From: a virus
Lineage: Duplodnaviria; Caudoviricetes
Length of the DNA: 64,000 nucleotides
Virus record (IMG/VR): IMGVR_UViG_3300025608_000015
Coordinates: 26,845 to 90,844 of that record
Direction: 5' to 3' (one strand)
Shown: positions 19,662 to 29,224 of the stretch, piece after piece
Layout: each line of letters starts with the position of its first letter
Numbering within the stretch: the first letter of the stretch is position 1
The notes under the pieces: model-generated
Told to the model about the DNA's origin: nothing
The model's database searches: none
What the model saw: the letters and a program-made list of their open reading frames with translations, nothing else
Position numbers and translations under genes: made by a program

Positions 19662-20104
19662 TGAGTAACTTACCTGCTAGTACGAGAATAGATAGCTCAA
19701 CTAAAGTAAAAGAATTTTACAACAAATATTTTACAAAAAAACTTGCATTTCCTGCAAATGAAGTTGATGCAGTGGTTGGGTTTTTTGAAAAACGTGGATT
19801 TGAAAAAGTAAGTGCTACAGCGGTAGCAGGCCTTTTACTACAACAAGCAAAATTAGATAATATTAAAACTTTTGAATTATTAGACGGTATTAAAAATTTT
19901 AATAAAGTGCAACTTGATGCAGTAGTTGCAGAAATATTAAACTACAATAGAGAAAATATTAGTAGTATAGGATATAGAACAATAACAGGCAACAGACTAG
20001 AAGCTAGAAACATTGGCGATCAAGAGTTTGTTGAAGTTGTAATTACAGACGACACAACCACATTTATGGAACTTGGATTTGTCGAACCAGGTTATGTAGT
20101 ATAG
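19661..20104 (+). CDS. Hypothetical protein in tail operon
   Basis: 147-aa ORF with TAATG coupling to the upstream gene. Confidence 0.6.
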   Translation: MSNLPASTRIDSSTKVKEFYNKYFTKKLAFPANEVDAVVGFFEKRGFEKVSATAVAGLLLQQAKLDNIKTFELLDGIKNFNKVQLDAVVAEILNYNRENISSIGYRTITGNRLEARNIGDQEFVEVVITDDTTTFMELGFVEPGYVV

Positions 20105-20112
20105 GAAATAAG

Positions 20113-21432
20113 ATGGCTATTACATTAAGAACAATTAAAGGTGCAGCACTTACTCATGTAGAGTTAGACGGAAACTTTTCCGATTTAGATGGCAGAGTAG
20201 ATAATTTACAAACCACTGTTGATAACATACCCGACATAGGAAACGAAAATGTAGATTTTGGATCTAATAAAATTCTATATTCTAATTCAGTAGCAACTGA
20301 GAACGATCTTGCTTCTTATAATCCAAACACCTACAGTGGTATGACTTTGCAAGCAAATGATACTGGCGCACTATATTATGCACATGCCGGTGCATGGCGT
20401 AAGTTAATTACAGATGTAACATACGGAAATCCGCAATCACAAGGGTATGTAAGTCCATTATCAAATCTAGCATACACAGGATCATTCAATGATCTAACAG
20501 ATGTTCCGCCTGTATTTACATTTGACGGTTCATATACAAGTTTAACAAACAAACCTACTATACCGCAAGACGTATCAGAACTTGCAGACGTTGGTGGAAT
20601 ATTGTTTAGTGGCAACTATAATGATCTTATTAATAGACCAGCTATTGCAACTGATACTAATCAATTAACAAATAGTGCAGGATTTATTACAATAAGTTCT
20701 ATACCTACTCTATTGTCAGAGTTTACAAACGATGTAGGATATATTACTGCAGAAACTGATAGTCAAACTCTTTCGTTGGTTAGTACAACACTTTCTATTT
20801 CAAATGGTAACAGTGTAGATTTGTCAAGTATTGTAGGAGATACTGTAGGTAATTTTAGTTTTGCAAATAGTATAATTGACACGGACGATAGTAGTGCAAT
20901 TACTGTAACACCGGCAACTACATTTTCAAGCGATGTTGTTATCGAAAACAGCCTGAAATTTAACGACAGTGTTATTGTAGATTTTACAAATGTTAATGTA
21001 GTAGGATTACAAATTGCACAACAAGGCACAACTTTTACTTCTAATGTAGAATTCCAAGCAGGAGTTGATTTTACAGGAGCCACTGTCACAGGGTTACCTG
21101 GCGGTGGAGATCAAACATTAAACACAACAGACGACGTTATTTTTAACACAGTTACAGCAACTGATTTTGTTTTTACAGGTGTAGGGAATCCTACATTTGA
21201 TAGTGGAGCCGATTTTGTTTTTAATACAGGAAATAGTGAAGGCGTTCTTGCAGTAGATGGCAGTATTTCTGCATCCAAAGTTTTAGAATTAACAGCCCAA
21301 ACCTCGGCACCCACTGCTGTTAGTGGAAGTTTTGCTGTAGCAGACGGCGTAAGCTGGGATCCAGGATTAAAAAGTGGTACAGACCCGTATCCTGTGTTTT
21401 ATGATGGAACTTCTTGGAATGCGCTTTATTAA
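20113..21432 (+). CDS. Tail-fibre-like protein
   Basis: MAITLRTIKGAALTHVELDGNF N-terminus and repeated (Y/F)(T/S/D)G(S/N)(Y/F)NDL..xP motifs. SD AGGA. Confidence 0.6.
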   Translation: MAITLRTIKGAALTHVELDGNFSDLDGRVDNLQTTVDNIPDIGNENVDFGSNKILYSNSVATENDLASYNPNTYSGMTLQANDTGALYYAHAGAWRKLITDVTYGNPQSQGYVSPLSNLAYTGSFNDLTDVPPVFTFDGSYTSLTNKPTIPQDVSELADVGGILFSGNYNDLINRPAIATDTNQLTNSAGFITISSIPTLLSEFTNDVGYITAETDSQTLSLVSTTLSISNGNSVDLSSIVGDTVGNFSFANSIIDTDDSSAITVTPATTFSSDVVIENSLKFNDSVIVDFTNVNVVGLQIAQQGTTFTSNVEFQAGVDFTGATVTGLPGGGDQTLNTTDDVIFNTVTATDFVFTGVGNPTFDSGADFVFNTGNSEGVLAVDGSISASKVLELTAQTSAPTAVSGSFAVADGVSWDPGLKSGTDPYPVFYDGTSWNALY

Positions 21433-21443
21433 GGAAATTCAAA

Positions 21444-24400
21444 ATGTCTGAAAATCGTTGTGTAGTTACTTTACACAAAGGCGTCAATAAAGCAGACTTT
21501 ATGCAAGAAATGCATACTGCTGGGTATACTGTCCATAACGAAAAACCAGAAAGTTTGCGTAATTTTGATTTAATAATGACTGTAGAACAGGCAGAAACTT
21601 TACGAACAGATACTCGTGTTATAGATGTAAGAGTAGGTTCTAAAATAGAAAACGGCGGTGAATTGCTTCATAATGTAGGACGTACCGGAGAACGAACAGC
21701 TAATCAAGGATTTTATTACTCAGACAAAACTGACTGGGGTAAATGGATGAGTACACATGGTACTAGAAGTTTTACTGTAAGACCAGACGGCTGGGTTGAT
21801 GGAATTACTGCTTCAGGAAAAAATGTAGATATAGTTATATGCGATAGTGGCATTCTTGCTGATCATCCAGAATGGAGAGATCCTATTACAGGCGTAAGTA
21901 GACTACAGCAAGTAGATTGGCCTGCAGAAGCAGGATTGTCTGGCACATATACTCAAGGAGCTCAACATTACACAGACCAATATGGTCACGGCACACATTG
22001 TAGTAGTACAGTCGCTGGTGCAAGATTTGGCTGGGCTCCATCTGCTAACATCTATGCTATTAAAATTTTCGATACAGATGCATTCGGAACTAGTTTAGCA
22101 ATTAATTTAATGAGGCTTTGGCATCAAAACAAAACAAATGATAATCCTACAATTATGAGTAATAGTTGGGGATATTTTTCTCCTTATATTAACATCACAG
22201 GGGGTAATTATAGAGGCACTCCTTGGACTGGAACTACCATGCAATCTCAATACGGCATGGTTGAAAGCCAGCAAAACAATGATGGAGATTATCTTTTTCC
22301 TGTTAACTTTGCTTCAGTTGATGCTGATATACAAGATTGTATCGATGCAGGTATAATAGTCGTTGCTGCTGCAGGTAATGATAAACACAAAGTAGATGTT
22401 CCAGGCGGAGACGATTACGATAACTATTGGACTTCTAGTGTATACGGAACACGGTATTATCATAGAGGAGCAACTCCAGGAAACGGCGATGTAATAACTG
22501 TAGGAGCTATGAACTTCGGTAATGGAAGCACCAGCGGCTGGAATCCACCTACAAATAATATAAGATCAAGTTTTAGTAATGCAGGTCCAGGAGTTGATTT
22601 ATATGCTCCAGGAAGTTGGATTATGGGAGCTATACCTGAAGGAAGTACAATATGGAACGGGTACTCTGCAGATTATAGAGGTGACTATTATCTTGATACT
22701 AACTATAGGGCTATGGCAATTTCTGGTACATCAATGGCGTGTCCGCAAGTAACAGGAGTAATTGCACAGCTAGCAGAAGCTAGACGCAAATGGAATCATT
22801 ATCAATTTAAAGATTATATTTCACAACTTGCTTGGTCTAATCATATGAAAGGAACTGGCAACACAGATGATTACACATCGGACCAAACAATATTTGGCGG
22901 ACCAAATAAACTTTTAAGGGCACCTTTTATATCAGCAAAAAAACTTACAATGAGTAATGGTGGCTCAGATAGAGAAATAGACTTCCTTGTAAAATATCCT
23001 AGAACAACAATTACAGAAGGAGAAGATTTAGAAATATATGTTTTCCGTGATTCAGAAAACACCGACGATTATTGGTCTTTTTATCCTTGGGAGTGGGACA
23101 ATACACGTGACACTGATAACAGATACGATAGTTTAAACTGGGAATCTGGAATCTTACAAAGATTTTATTATAATAGCACAGGAGAACAAGTCCGCAATGT
23201 GCCAAGTGATGCGATGCCTATGTATAAGGTAACAAAAATTACAATACCTACAAAAAACATAGATGCATCCCAACCTAGATCTATAATGATAGTGCCCAAA
23301 TTTAATAGTCCTGCATTTAATTACAATGTTTATACTAGCATGGAAAACTACTTAACTTTAAACCCTAATGCTGCAAAAATTACCTTATTACCTAGTGGTA
23401 TTCCTGTTCCTGCAGATAGAACATACTCTCTATCAGGACCTAGTTCAGTAACAGAAGGTGATGGCACAATTACTGTAACACTTACAACAACAAATGTTCC
23501 AGACGGTACTATTGTTCCTTTAACGGTAACATCAACAAGCGGAAACTGGTATTACGAAGTATCAAACAGTTCTGGTGCGGCAATTAGAGGAAGACAATAC
23601 TTTGAAATAAACAATAACACAGGAACAGCAAGGTTTACAATCCTCGCAAATGAAGCTATAGAGCCTACACAAACTTTGACTATATCTGTCAATGACGGCG
23701 CAAATGGAGATTCTCTAAATATAACAGTGGTAGATGACGGAACAACAAGGACTCCTGATTGGCTTAGATGGCAACTATACTGGGACTCAAGTTCAAGTGG
23801 AAGAGTAAATTCTTTAGTGAGTGGATCAACAACAGACTATTATTATCCACCAGGCGCTAAACTAGGAATATATGCAATATTATACAACATTCCTGCAGGC
23901 ACAACATTTGATTATGAAATAACTGTAGATCAGGGCAATGCCAGTGATTATTTTGATAATCCTACAGGTACGTTAACAGTTACAAATGTTCCAACAATTG
24001 ATGGTTTTATGCGAACACTTAACTATTGGCTCTTTACTCTTAAAGCAGGACCTATTCTAAAAGGCAACTTTATGACCTTAAATATAACCAGCGCAACTGA
24101 TAGTCAAGGCAACTCTATTCCATCTGTTACAGGAGACAACTTGGTTCCATTTTATGATGACACTCCTAATCAAACTTATGCAATAACTACAGCCACATTT
24201 TATACGCAAGGCCAAGATAGAATTTTAGATAATGGTTCTAACAAAACAAAAACATATTTTGTAGGTGACACAGTAGAACTTACTGTAACAAAAGCAGTAA
24301 AAATAGGTAGACAGTATTCAGGAGCTAGCGACGGAGACTATGCAAATCTAAGTTCTGGTACAATAACACTAAGTCCTAGTGAACCTACTGGATTGTGGAT

Positions 24401-24518
24401 ATGGTATGAAGGATCATCGATAGTAGAAAAATTAGTATGGCTAGACGCTAGCAATAATGCACAACTGTCAAATACTGGCTCAAACGAATTTTATCCTGCT
24501 AGTTTTAGATTTAGGTAA
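21444..24518 (+). CDS. S8 subtilisin-like serine protease with C-terminal Ig/Calx-beta-like modules (start moved to ATG 21444)
   Basis: Catalytic triad motifs VDIVICDSG, HGTHCSSTVAG and SGTSMACPQVTG, plus AAAGND and FSNAGPGVDLYAPG. SD AAGGA. Confidence 0.85.
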   Translation: MSENRCVVTLHKGVNKADFMQEMHTAGYTVHNEKPESLRNFDLIMTVEQAETLRTDTRVIDVRVGSKIENGGELLHNVGRTGERTANQGFYYSDKTDWGKWMSTHGTRSFTVRPDGWVDGITASGKNVDIVICDSGILADHPEWRDPITGVSRLQQVDWPAEAGLSGTYTQGAQHYTDQYGHGTHCSSTVAGARFGWAPSANIYAIKIFDTDAFGTSLAINLMRLWHQNKTNDNPTIMSNSWGYFSPYINITGGNYRGTPWTGTTMQSQYGMVESQQNNDGDYLFPVNFASVDADIQDCIDAGIIVVAAAGNDKHKVDVPGGDDYDNYWTSSVYGTRYYHRGATPGNGDVITVGAMNFGNGSTSGWNPPTNNIRSSFSNAGPGVDLYAPGSWIMGAIPEGSTIWNGYSADYRGDYYLDTNYRAMAISGTSMACPQVTGVIAQLAEARRKWNHYQFKDYISQLAWSNHMKGTGNTDDYTSDQTIFGGPNKLLRAPFISAKKLTMSNGGSDREIDFLVKYPRTTITEGEDLEIYVFRDSENTDDYWSFYPWEWDNTRDTDNRYDSLNWESGILQRFYYNSTGEQVRNVPSDAMPMYKVTKITIPTKNIDASQPRSIMIVPKFNSPAFNYNVYTSMENYLTLNPNAAKITLLPSGIPVPADRTYSLSGPSSVTEGDGTITVTLTTTNVPDGTIVPLTVTSTSGNWYYEVSNSSGAAIRGRQYFEINNNTGTARFTILANEAIEPTQTLTISVNDGANGDSLNITVVDDGTTRTPDWLRWQLYWDSSSSGRVNSLVSGSTTDYYYPPGAKLGIYAILYNIPAGTTFDYEITVDQGNASDYFDNPTGTLTVTNVPTIDGFMRTLNYWLFTLKAGPILKGNFMTLNITSATDSQGNSIPSVTGDNLVPFYDDTPNQTYAITTATFYTQGQDRILDNGSNKTKTYFVGDTVELTVTKAVKIGRQYSGASDGDYANLSSGTITLSPSEPTGLWIWYEGSSIVEKLVWLDASNNAQLSNTGSNEFYPASFRFR

Positions 24519-24523
24519 TTAAA

Positions 24524-24961
24524 ATGTCTAGATTTGCTCAAGGAAAATTTAATCTAAAAAACCCTGACAAATACATGGGCAACAAAACACCTACTTATCG
24601 TTCGAGTTGGGAGTTTGCATTTATGCGGTTCTGTGACGAACATGCAGGAATAGCAAAGTGGGCAAGCGAAGCAATACGAATTCCATACCGTAATCCATTA
24701 ACCGGAAAACAAACAATTTATGTACCAGACTTTTTTATTGCTTATGCAGACAAAAACGGTAGACAACATGTAGAATTAATAGAAGTAAAACCAGAAAATC
24801 AAACCGTAAAAGAAAGTCTAGGCAATTCGCAACACAATAAAGCACATTGGGTTATAAATCAAGCAAAATGGGAAGCAGCAAATGCATGGTGTAAACAACA
24901 AGGCATTAAGTTTCGTGTAATCAGTGAAAAGGATATTTTCCATCAAGGAAGACGCAGATAA
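24524..24961 (+). CDS. gp4: T4 gp4-like head completion nuclease (TnsA/PD-(D/E)xK fold)
   Basis: YRSSWEFAFMRFCD...WASEAIRIPY.NP...YVPDF...IEVKP...NQAKWEAA. Confidence 0.85.
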   Translation: MSRFAQGKFNLKNPDKYMGNKTPTYRSSWEFAFMRFCDEHAGIAKWASEAIRIPYRNPLTGKQTIYVPDFFIAYADKNGRQHVELIEVKPENQTVKESLGNSQHNKAHWVINQAKWEAANAWCKQQGIKFRVISEKDIFHQGRRR

Positions 24962-24988
24962 ATAAGTGCGTATATTAAGGTTAGTGTT

Positions 24989-25483
24989 ATGACTAAGAAA
25001 CTAGAAGATTTATTAAACATGCCCGAAAATCAACAGTTTGTTGAAGATGCAAAAGAAGAATCTAAAAAAACTCAAAGACAAAAGAACAAAGAAGTTGTTG
25101 CCGAAATACAAGAGTTTGACAAAATTGCTTCTGCTTTGCCTAAAGTAAAAGGCCTAGGTGAAATGGCTGACGAAGAATTAGACGAAGTTGCTGACAAAGC
25201 CATGGCAGCATATGAAGATTTAATGGATCTAGGTATGAATGTAGAAAGTCGCTATTCAGGTAGAGTATTTGAAGTAGCCAGCACATTTTTAAAAACTAAC
25301 CTAGATAGTAAAGTTGCAAAGTTGGACAAAAAGTTAAAAATGGTAGAATTGCAATTAAAAAAAGAAAAACTGGACAGAGATAGTTCGAATGATGAACAAG
25401 GTATTATCAATGGCGAAGGATATGTTGTCACTGATAGAAACAGCCTACTAGAGCGTCTAAAAGGGCTAGACAAGGATAAATAA
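24989..25483 (+). CDS. Putative terminase small subunit (gp16-like)
   Basis: LMDLGMNVESRYSGRVFEVAST helical core and C-terminal VVTDRNSLL. Located between gp4 and gp17. Confidence 0.45.
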   Translation: MTKKLEDLLNMPENQQFVEDAKEESKKTQRQKNKEVVAEIQEFDKIASALPKVKGLGEMADEELDEVADKAMAAYEDLMDLGMNVESRYSGRVFEVASTFLKTNLDSKVAKLDKKLKMVELQLKKEKLDRDSSNDEQGIINGEGYVVTDRNSLLERLKGLDKDK

Positions 25484-25487
25484 TATT

Positions 25488-26054
25488 ATGAAAAGTTTTG
25501 TAGAATATTTGACCGAATCAAAAAAGACCTATGATTTCAAAATTGGAATTGCTGGTGAATTACCAGAAGGGTGTGTAGATAAATTAGAAACATCATTGCA
25601 AAAGTTTGGTGTCGCTAACATGAGTAGTGGAAAGAAAACTCCTATTCAGGAACGTCCATTAGACTTCCCACAATTATCAAACATGGAAGTTACCTACTAC
25701 GAAGTTAGTTTAAACTATCCAACTACTAGACAAGTGTTAGAACAATATATTCCATATTGCTGTGATTTACCTGTAAGTCATGTTATTGTACGTGGCGTAG
25801 GCGAAGCTCAAGAAGAGTACCAAGAACCTAAGTCAAACGAACCATACGAAGCATTGCTTACAAAAGAAGAATTAGAAGACGGTCCTGTTAAAGATCCGCA
25901 GAGTACAGCGGGCACAACTCGTGTTATGGATCTTCTAAAAGAACTAGAGCAAGTTCGCAAAGAAAGAGATAATGATCCAATGGAAGGCGCACCAGTGGGT
26001 GAAAGCACAGATATTGATGATTCAGAAAATAGTAAAAGCCCGTTAGGAAGTTAA
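25488..26054 (+). CDS. Acidic hypothetical protein, putative internal head protein
   Basis: N-terminus MKSFVEYLTE resembles those of T4-like prohead core proteins. TAAATA 5 nt upstream of the ATG. Confidence 0.5.
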   Translation: MKSFVEYLTESKKTYDFKIGIAGELPEGCVDKLETSLQKFGVANMSSGKKTPIQERPLDFPQLSNMEVTYYEVSLNYPTTRQVLEQYIPYCCDLPVSHVIVRGVGEAQEEYQEPKSNEPYEALLTKEELEDGPVKDPQSTAGTTRVMDLLKELEQVRKERDNDPMEGAPVGESTDIDDSENSKSPLGS

Positions 26055-26056
26055 TC

Positions 26057-27406
26057 ATGAGTGACAATATGTTAGACATCTTAAAGAATTTTGATGCAAC
26101 AACTAAAAGCAAGTCTAAGACAGCTACATCAGCAGACAAAAATAGTATGCAATCTATTTTAGAATCATTTAATCGTGTAGGCGAAGCTCCAATGCCTGTG
26201 CCAGCTCCGGCAGCTATGCCACAAGAGCCACAAGGTCAGCCAGTTTCAATGAACGTAAGTTTAAACGCAAGTGGCAAAGATCATGTAGATGATTTATTAA
26301 AACTCATGCAAAACGCAGGACTATCAGGTGCAGGACAAGTAGGTCCATCAGACACTAAATTAGATGTTGACATGGACGGTGATAACCAACCCGACATTGC
26401 ACTAATGCCTAAAGAAGAAAGCATTGAAGAAGCAGACGAAGATCAACTAAGATCTTGGTATAAAAAATATAATCAATATGACAGTGCAGACATCGGTAGT
26501 TTAGCAGACGGCATGTTTAAGTTCTTTCAAGATTCGGGTGTGGATTTAGACACAGTCGAAAAAAGTGAATACGATGCACTCGTAGCAAAACACGGCGAAG
26601 ACAAAATACTAGGTAATGCCTTGAGATTTTTAAGTGATGAGGATACACCTATCACTAAAGCAATGTTCGACGAGTTTGAAAGAATAATGGGCGAACCTGC
26701 AGATGAAGAAAGTTCAGAAAAAGCGGTATCATTGCTGGGACTGGATGAAAGTCAAGAAGATCTAAACAGTATTAGAAGACTTAGTGGTCTTGAAGAAGTA
26801 GTAGTAGGCGGTAATGCAGAGCCAGAAGATCCTGATTCAGTATTCGCAAGACTTATGAGTGATATTTCTGAAATCCAAAATGCAGCAATGGACGATAATG
26901 ACATGGCCGATGACATTGCAGACGAACTAGGCGACTACTTAAGAAATGGTGATGCTCCAGAAGGCTCGCACTATGAAAAAGCTATTGGCATAGTTATGGA
27001 TGCAATACATGACGGTCCACAAGCACAAGCAGAAGCGGCAGAAGAAGCAATAAGTTTCCTACACAGTGCGGAAGAAGAAGCTCGCGGAAATAATGAATCA
27101 TATGCTAATAGTCCAGATGGTTCTCCTGACGAAGAAGAATACAAAGATACACAATACATGACAAAAGATTTGTCAGGTGGTTTAAATCGTGAAAAGAAAA
27201 TGTATGCCAAAGCTCAGGACGGCGACAACGCAATGGCTGTAGAAAGTATCAAAGATATGCTATATAGAGCTCTTGAAGAAAAGAAATCTAAGAAAGGCGA
27301 TGGTAATTTAGCAAACAACTATCCTCCATATGATAAAGTAACTAGAGGCGATATTATTGCAGGCGCTACTGGCAAAGATCAAAAAGGCGGAAAGAAGAAA
27401 AAATGA
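26057..27406 (+). CDS. Highly acidic low-complexity protein, putative internal head protein
   Basis: D/E-rich. Contains LNSIRRLSGL and a Lys-rich C-terminus. Confidence 0.5.
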   Translation: MSDNMLDILKNFDATTKSKSKTATSADKNSMQSILESFNRVGEAPMPVPAPAAMPQEPQGQPVSMNVSLNASGKDHVDDLLKLMQNAGLSGAGQVGPSDTKLDVDMDGDNQPDIALMPKEESIEEADEDQLRSWYKKYNQYDSADIGSLADGMFKFFQDSGVDLDTVEKSEYDALVAKHGEDKILGNALRFLSDEDTPITKAMFDEFERIMGEPADEESSEKAVSLLGLDESQEDLNSIRRLSGLEEVVVGGNAEPEDPDSVFARLMSDISEIQNAAMDDNDMADDIADELGDYLRNGDAPEGSHYEKAIGIVMDAIHDGPQAQAEAAEEAISFLHSAEEEARGNNESYANSPDGSPDEEEYKDTQYMTKDLSGGLNREKKMYAKAQDGDNAMAVESIKDMLYRALEEKKSKKGDGNLANNYPPYDKVTRGDIIAGATGKDQKGGKKKK

Positions 27407-27588
27407 AAATCTTTGAAGTTACGCAAGACGTCTTAGAAAGAAAAGGCAAGAAAAGTAGTAATAAGAAGAAAGGTAAAAAGTCTCCAGCAGGTGGACCAGC
27501 TTGTTGGGACGGTAAGAAAATCCATCCTACAAAGCCAACTAAAATGAAAGGCGGCAAACGAGTTAATAACTGCATAGACGCAGGATAA
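27403..27588 (+). CDS. Small Lys-rich protein with CW...NNC motif
   Basis: MKIFEV start, ACWDGKK...KMKGGKRVNNCI. ATGA overlap with the upstream gene and a terminator downstream. Confidence 0.65.
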   Translation: MKIFEVTQDVLERKGKKSSNKKKGKKSPAGGPACWDGKKIHPTKPTKMKGGKRVNNCIDAG

Positions 27589-27591
27589 ATC

Positions 27592-27616
27592 AAAAGCCCC
27601 GCAAGGGGCTTTTTTT
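27592..27616 (+). terminator. Rho-independent terminator, GCAA tetraloop
   Basis: AAAAGCCCC-GCAA-GGGGCTTTTTTT. Confidence 0.88.
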
Positions 27617-27632
27617 ATGGTTAAATAAAAGT

Positions 27633-29213
27633 ATGAGTAAATCGTTAGATGGTGTATTAACCAAAAAAGCAAATAAAAAAGAAACATATACAGAAGAGCA
27701 GATCAATCATCTTGCAAATTGTATGGATCCTGATCTAGGTTATTTGTACTTTGCAGAAAATTTTGCTTACATTCAGCATCCTGTAAAAGGCAAATTATTA
27801 TTTGAACCTTACGAATATCAACTACGATTACTCAATTCATATCATAATTATAGATTTAACATTAACATGATGCCTAGACAGACGGGAAAGACTACTTGTG
27901 CAGCTATCTATTTGTGTTGGTATGCAATGTTTAATCCAGATCAAACTATTTTGATTGCGGCACACAAGTACACAGGTGCTCAAGAAATCATGCAACGTAT
28001 TCGCTATGTATATGAAATGTGTCCAGACTTTATTCGTGCAGGTGTTACAAGTTACAACAAAGGTAGTATAGAGTTTGAAAACGGTAGTAGAATTGTAAGC
28101 CAAACAACAACAGGCAACACAGGACGTGGTATGAGTATCTCACTATTATACTGCGATGAGTTTGCGTTCGTACAGCCTAATATTGCGGAAGAGTTCTGGA
28201 CATCAATATCACCTACACTAGCAACAGGTGGTAGATCTATTCTAACAAGTACACCCAATTCAGACGAAGATACATTTGCTACAATTTGGAAACAAGCAGA
28301 GCAAAAGTTTGACGCACACGGTAACGAAAGTGAAGTTGGCATTAATGGATTTTATTCTTTTAGAGCAGATTGGTGGGAGCATCCTGACAGAGACGAAAAA
28401 TGGAAAGAAGAAGAAATTGGTCGTATTGGCGAAGAAAAATTCCGCAGAGAATACGGCTGTGAATTTTTAGTATTTGACGAAACACTGATAAACTCTATTA
28501 AACTTGCTGTGCTAGAAGGATCAAGTCCTATATTAAACATGGGCCAGACTCGTTGGTATAAAAAGCCAACGAGTCAATATACATATGCAGTTGCATTAGA
28601 CCCTAGTATGGGCACTGGTGGAGACTTTGCAGCCATCCAAGTATTTGAATTGCCTAGTTATGAGCAGGTTGCAGAATGGCAACACAATCAAACTGCTATT
28701 CCAGGTCAGATAAGAATACTTGCAGATATTTGTAGATATATTGAATCAGAAACTGGCATTAGTAACAATATATACTGGAGTGTAGAAAATAATGGCATAG
28801 GCGAAGCCGCACTTATTGTTATCAACGATTTCGGTGAAGAAAATATTCCAGGTATGTTTGTAAGTGAACCAATTAGAAAGGGACATGTTAGAAAGTTCCG
28901 CAAAGGATTTAACACAACACACTCTACAAAAATTACAGCATGTAGTCGTCTAAAGACAATGATTGAAAACGATAAAATGACAATACGCAGTAAACCATTT
29001 ATAAGTGAACTTAAAAACTTTGTAGCTACGGGCAGTTCCTATCAAGCAAAACTAGGACACAACGACGATCTTATATCAGCAACTTTGTTAGCACTTAGAA
29101 TGATGGCAGTATTAAAAGACTGGGATCCTAGAGTTTACAATACCTTTGTACAAACAGAGCAAGAAGAAGATTATGAGCCGCCAATGCCGATCTTCATTAG
29201 TAATAACTATTGA
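27633..29213 (+). CDS. gp17: Terminase large subunit (gp17-like)
   Basis: Walker A PRQTGKTT, Walker B LLYCDEFAFV, motif TSTPN, nuclease ALDPSMG, SVENN and HNDDL. Confidence 0.93.
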   Translation: MSKSLDGVLTKKANKKETYTEEQINHLANCMDPDLGYLYFAENFAYIQHPVKGKLLFEPYEYQLRLLNSYHNYRFNINMMPRQTGKTTCAAIYLCWYAMFNPDQTILIAAHKYTGAQEIMQRIRYVYEMCPDFIRAGVTSYNKGSIEFENGSRIVSQTTTGNTGRGMSISLLYCDEFAFVQPNIAEEFWTSISPTLATGGRSILTSTPNSDEDTFATIWKQAEQKFDAHGNESEVGINGFYSFRADWWEHPDRDEKWKEEEIGRIGEEKFRREYGCEFLVFDETLINSIKLAVLEGSSPILNMGQTRWYKKPTSQYTYAVALDPSMGTGGDFAAIQVFELPSYEQVAEWQHNQTAIPGQIRILADICRYIESETGISNNIYWSVENNGIGEAALIVINDFGEENIPGMFVSEPIRKGHVRKFRKGFNTTHSTKITACSRLKTMIENDKMTIRSKPFISELKNFVATGSSYQAKLGHNDDLISATLLALRMMAVLKDWDPRVYNTFVQTEQEEDYEPPMPIFISNNY

Positions 29214-29224
29214 TAAATACAATT

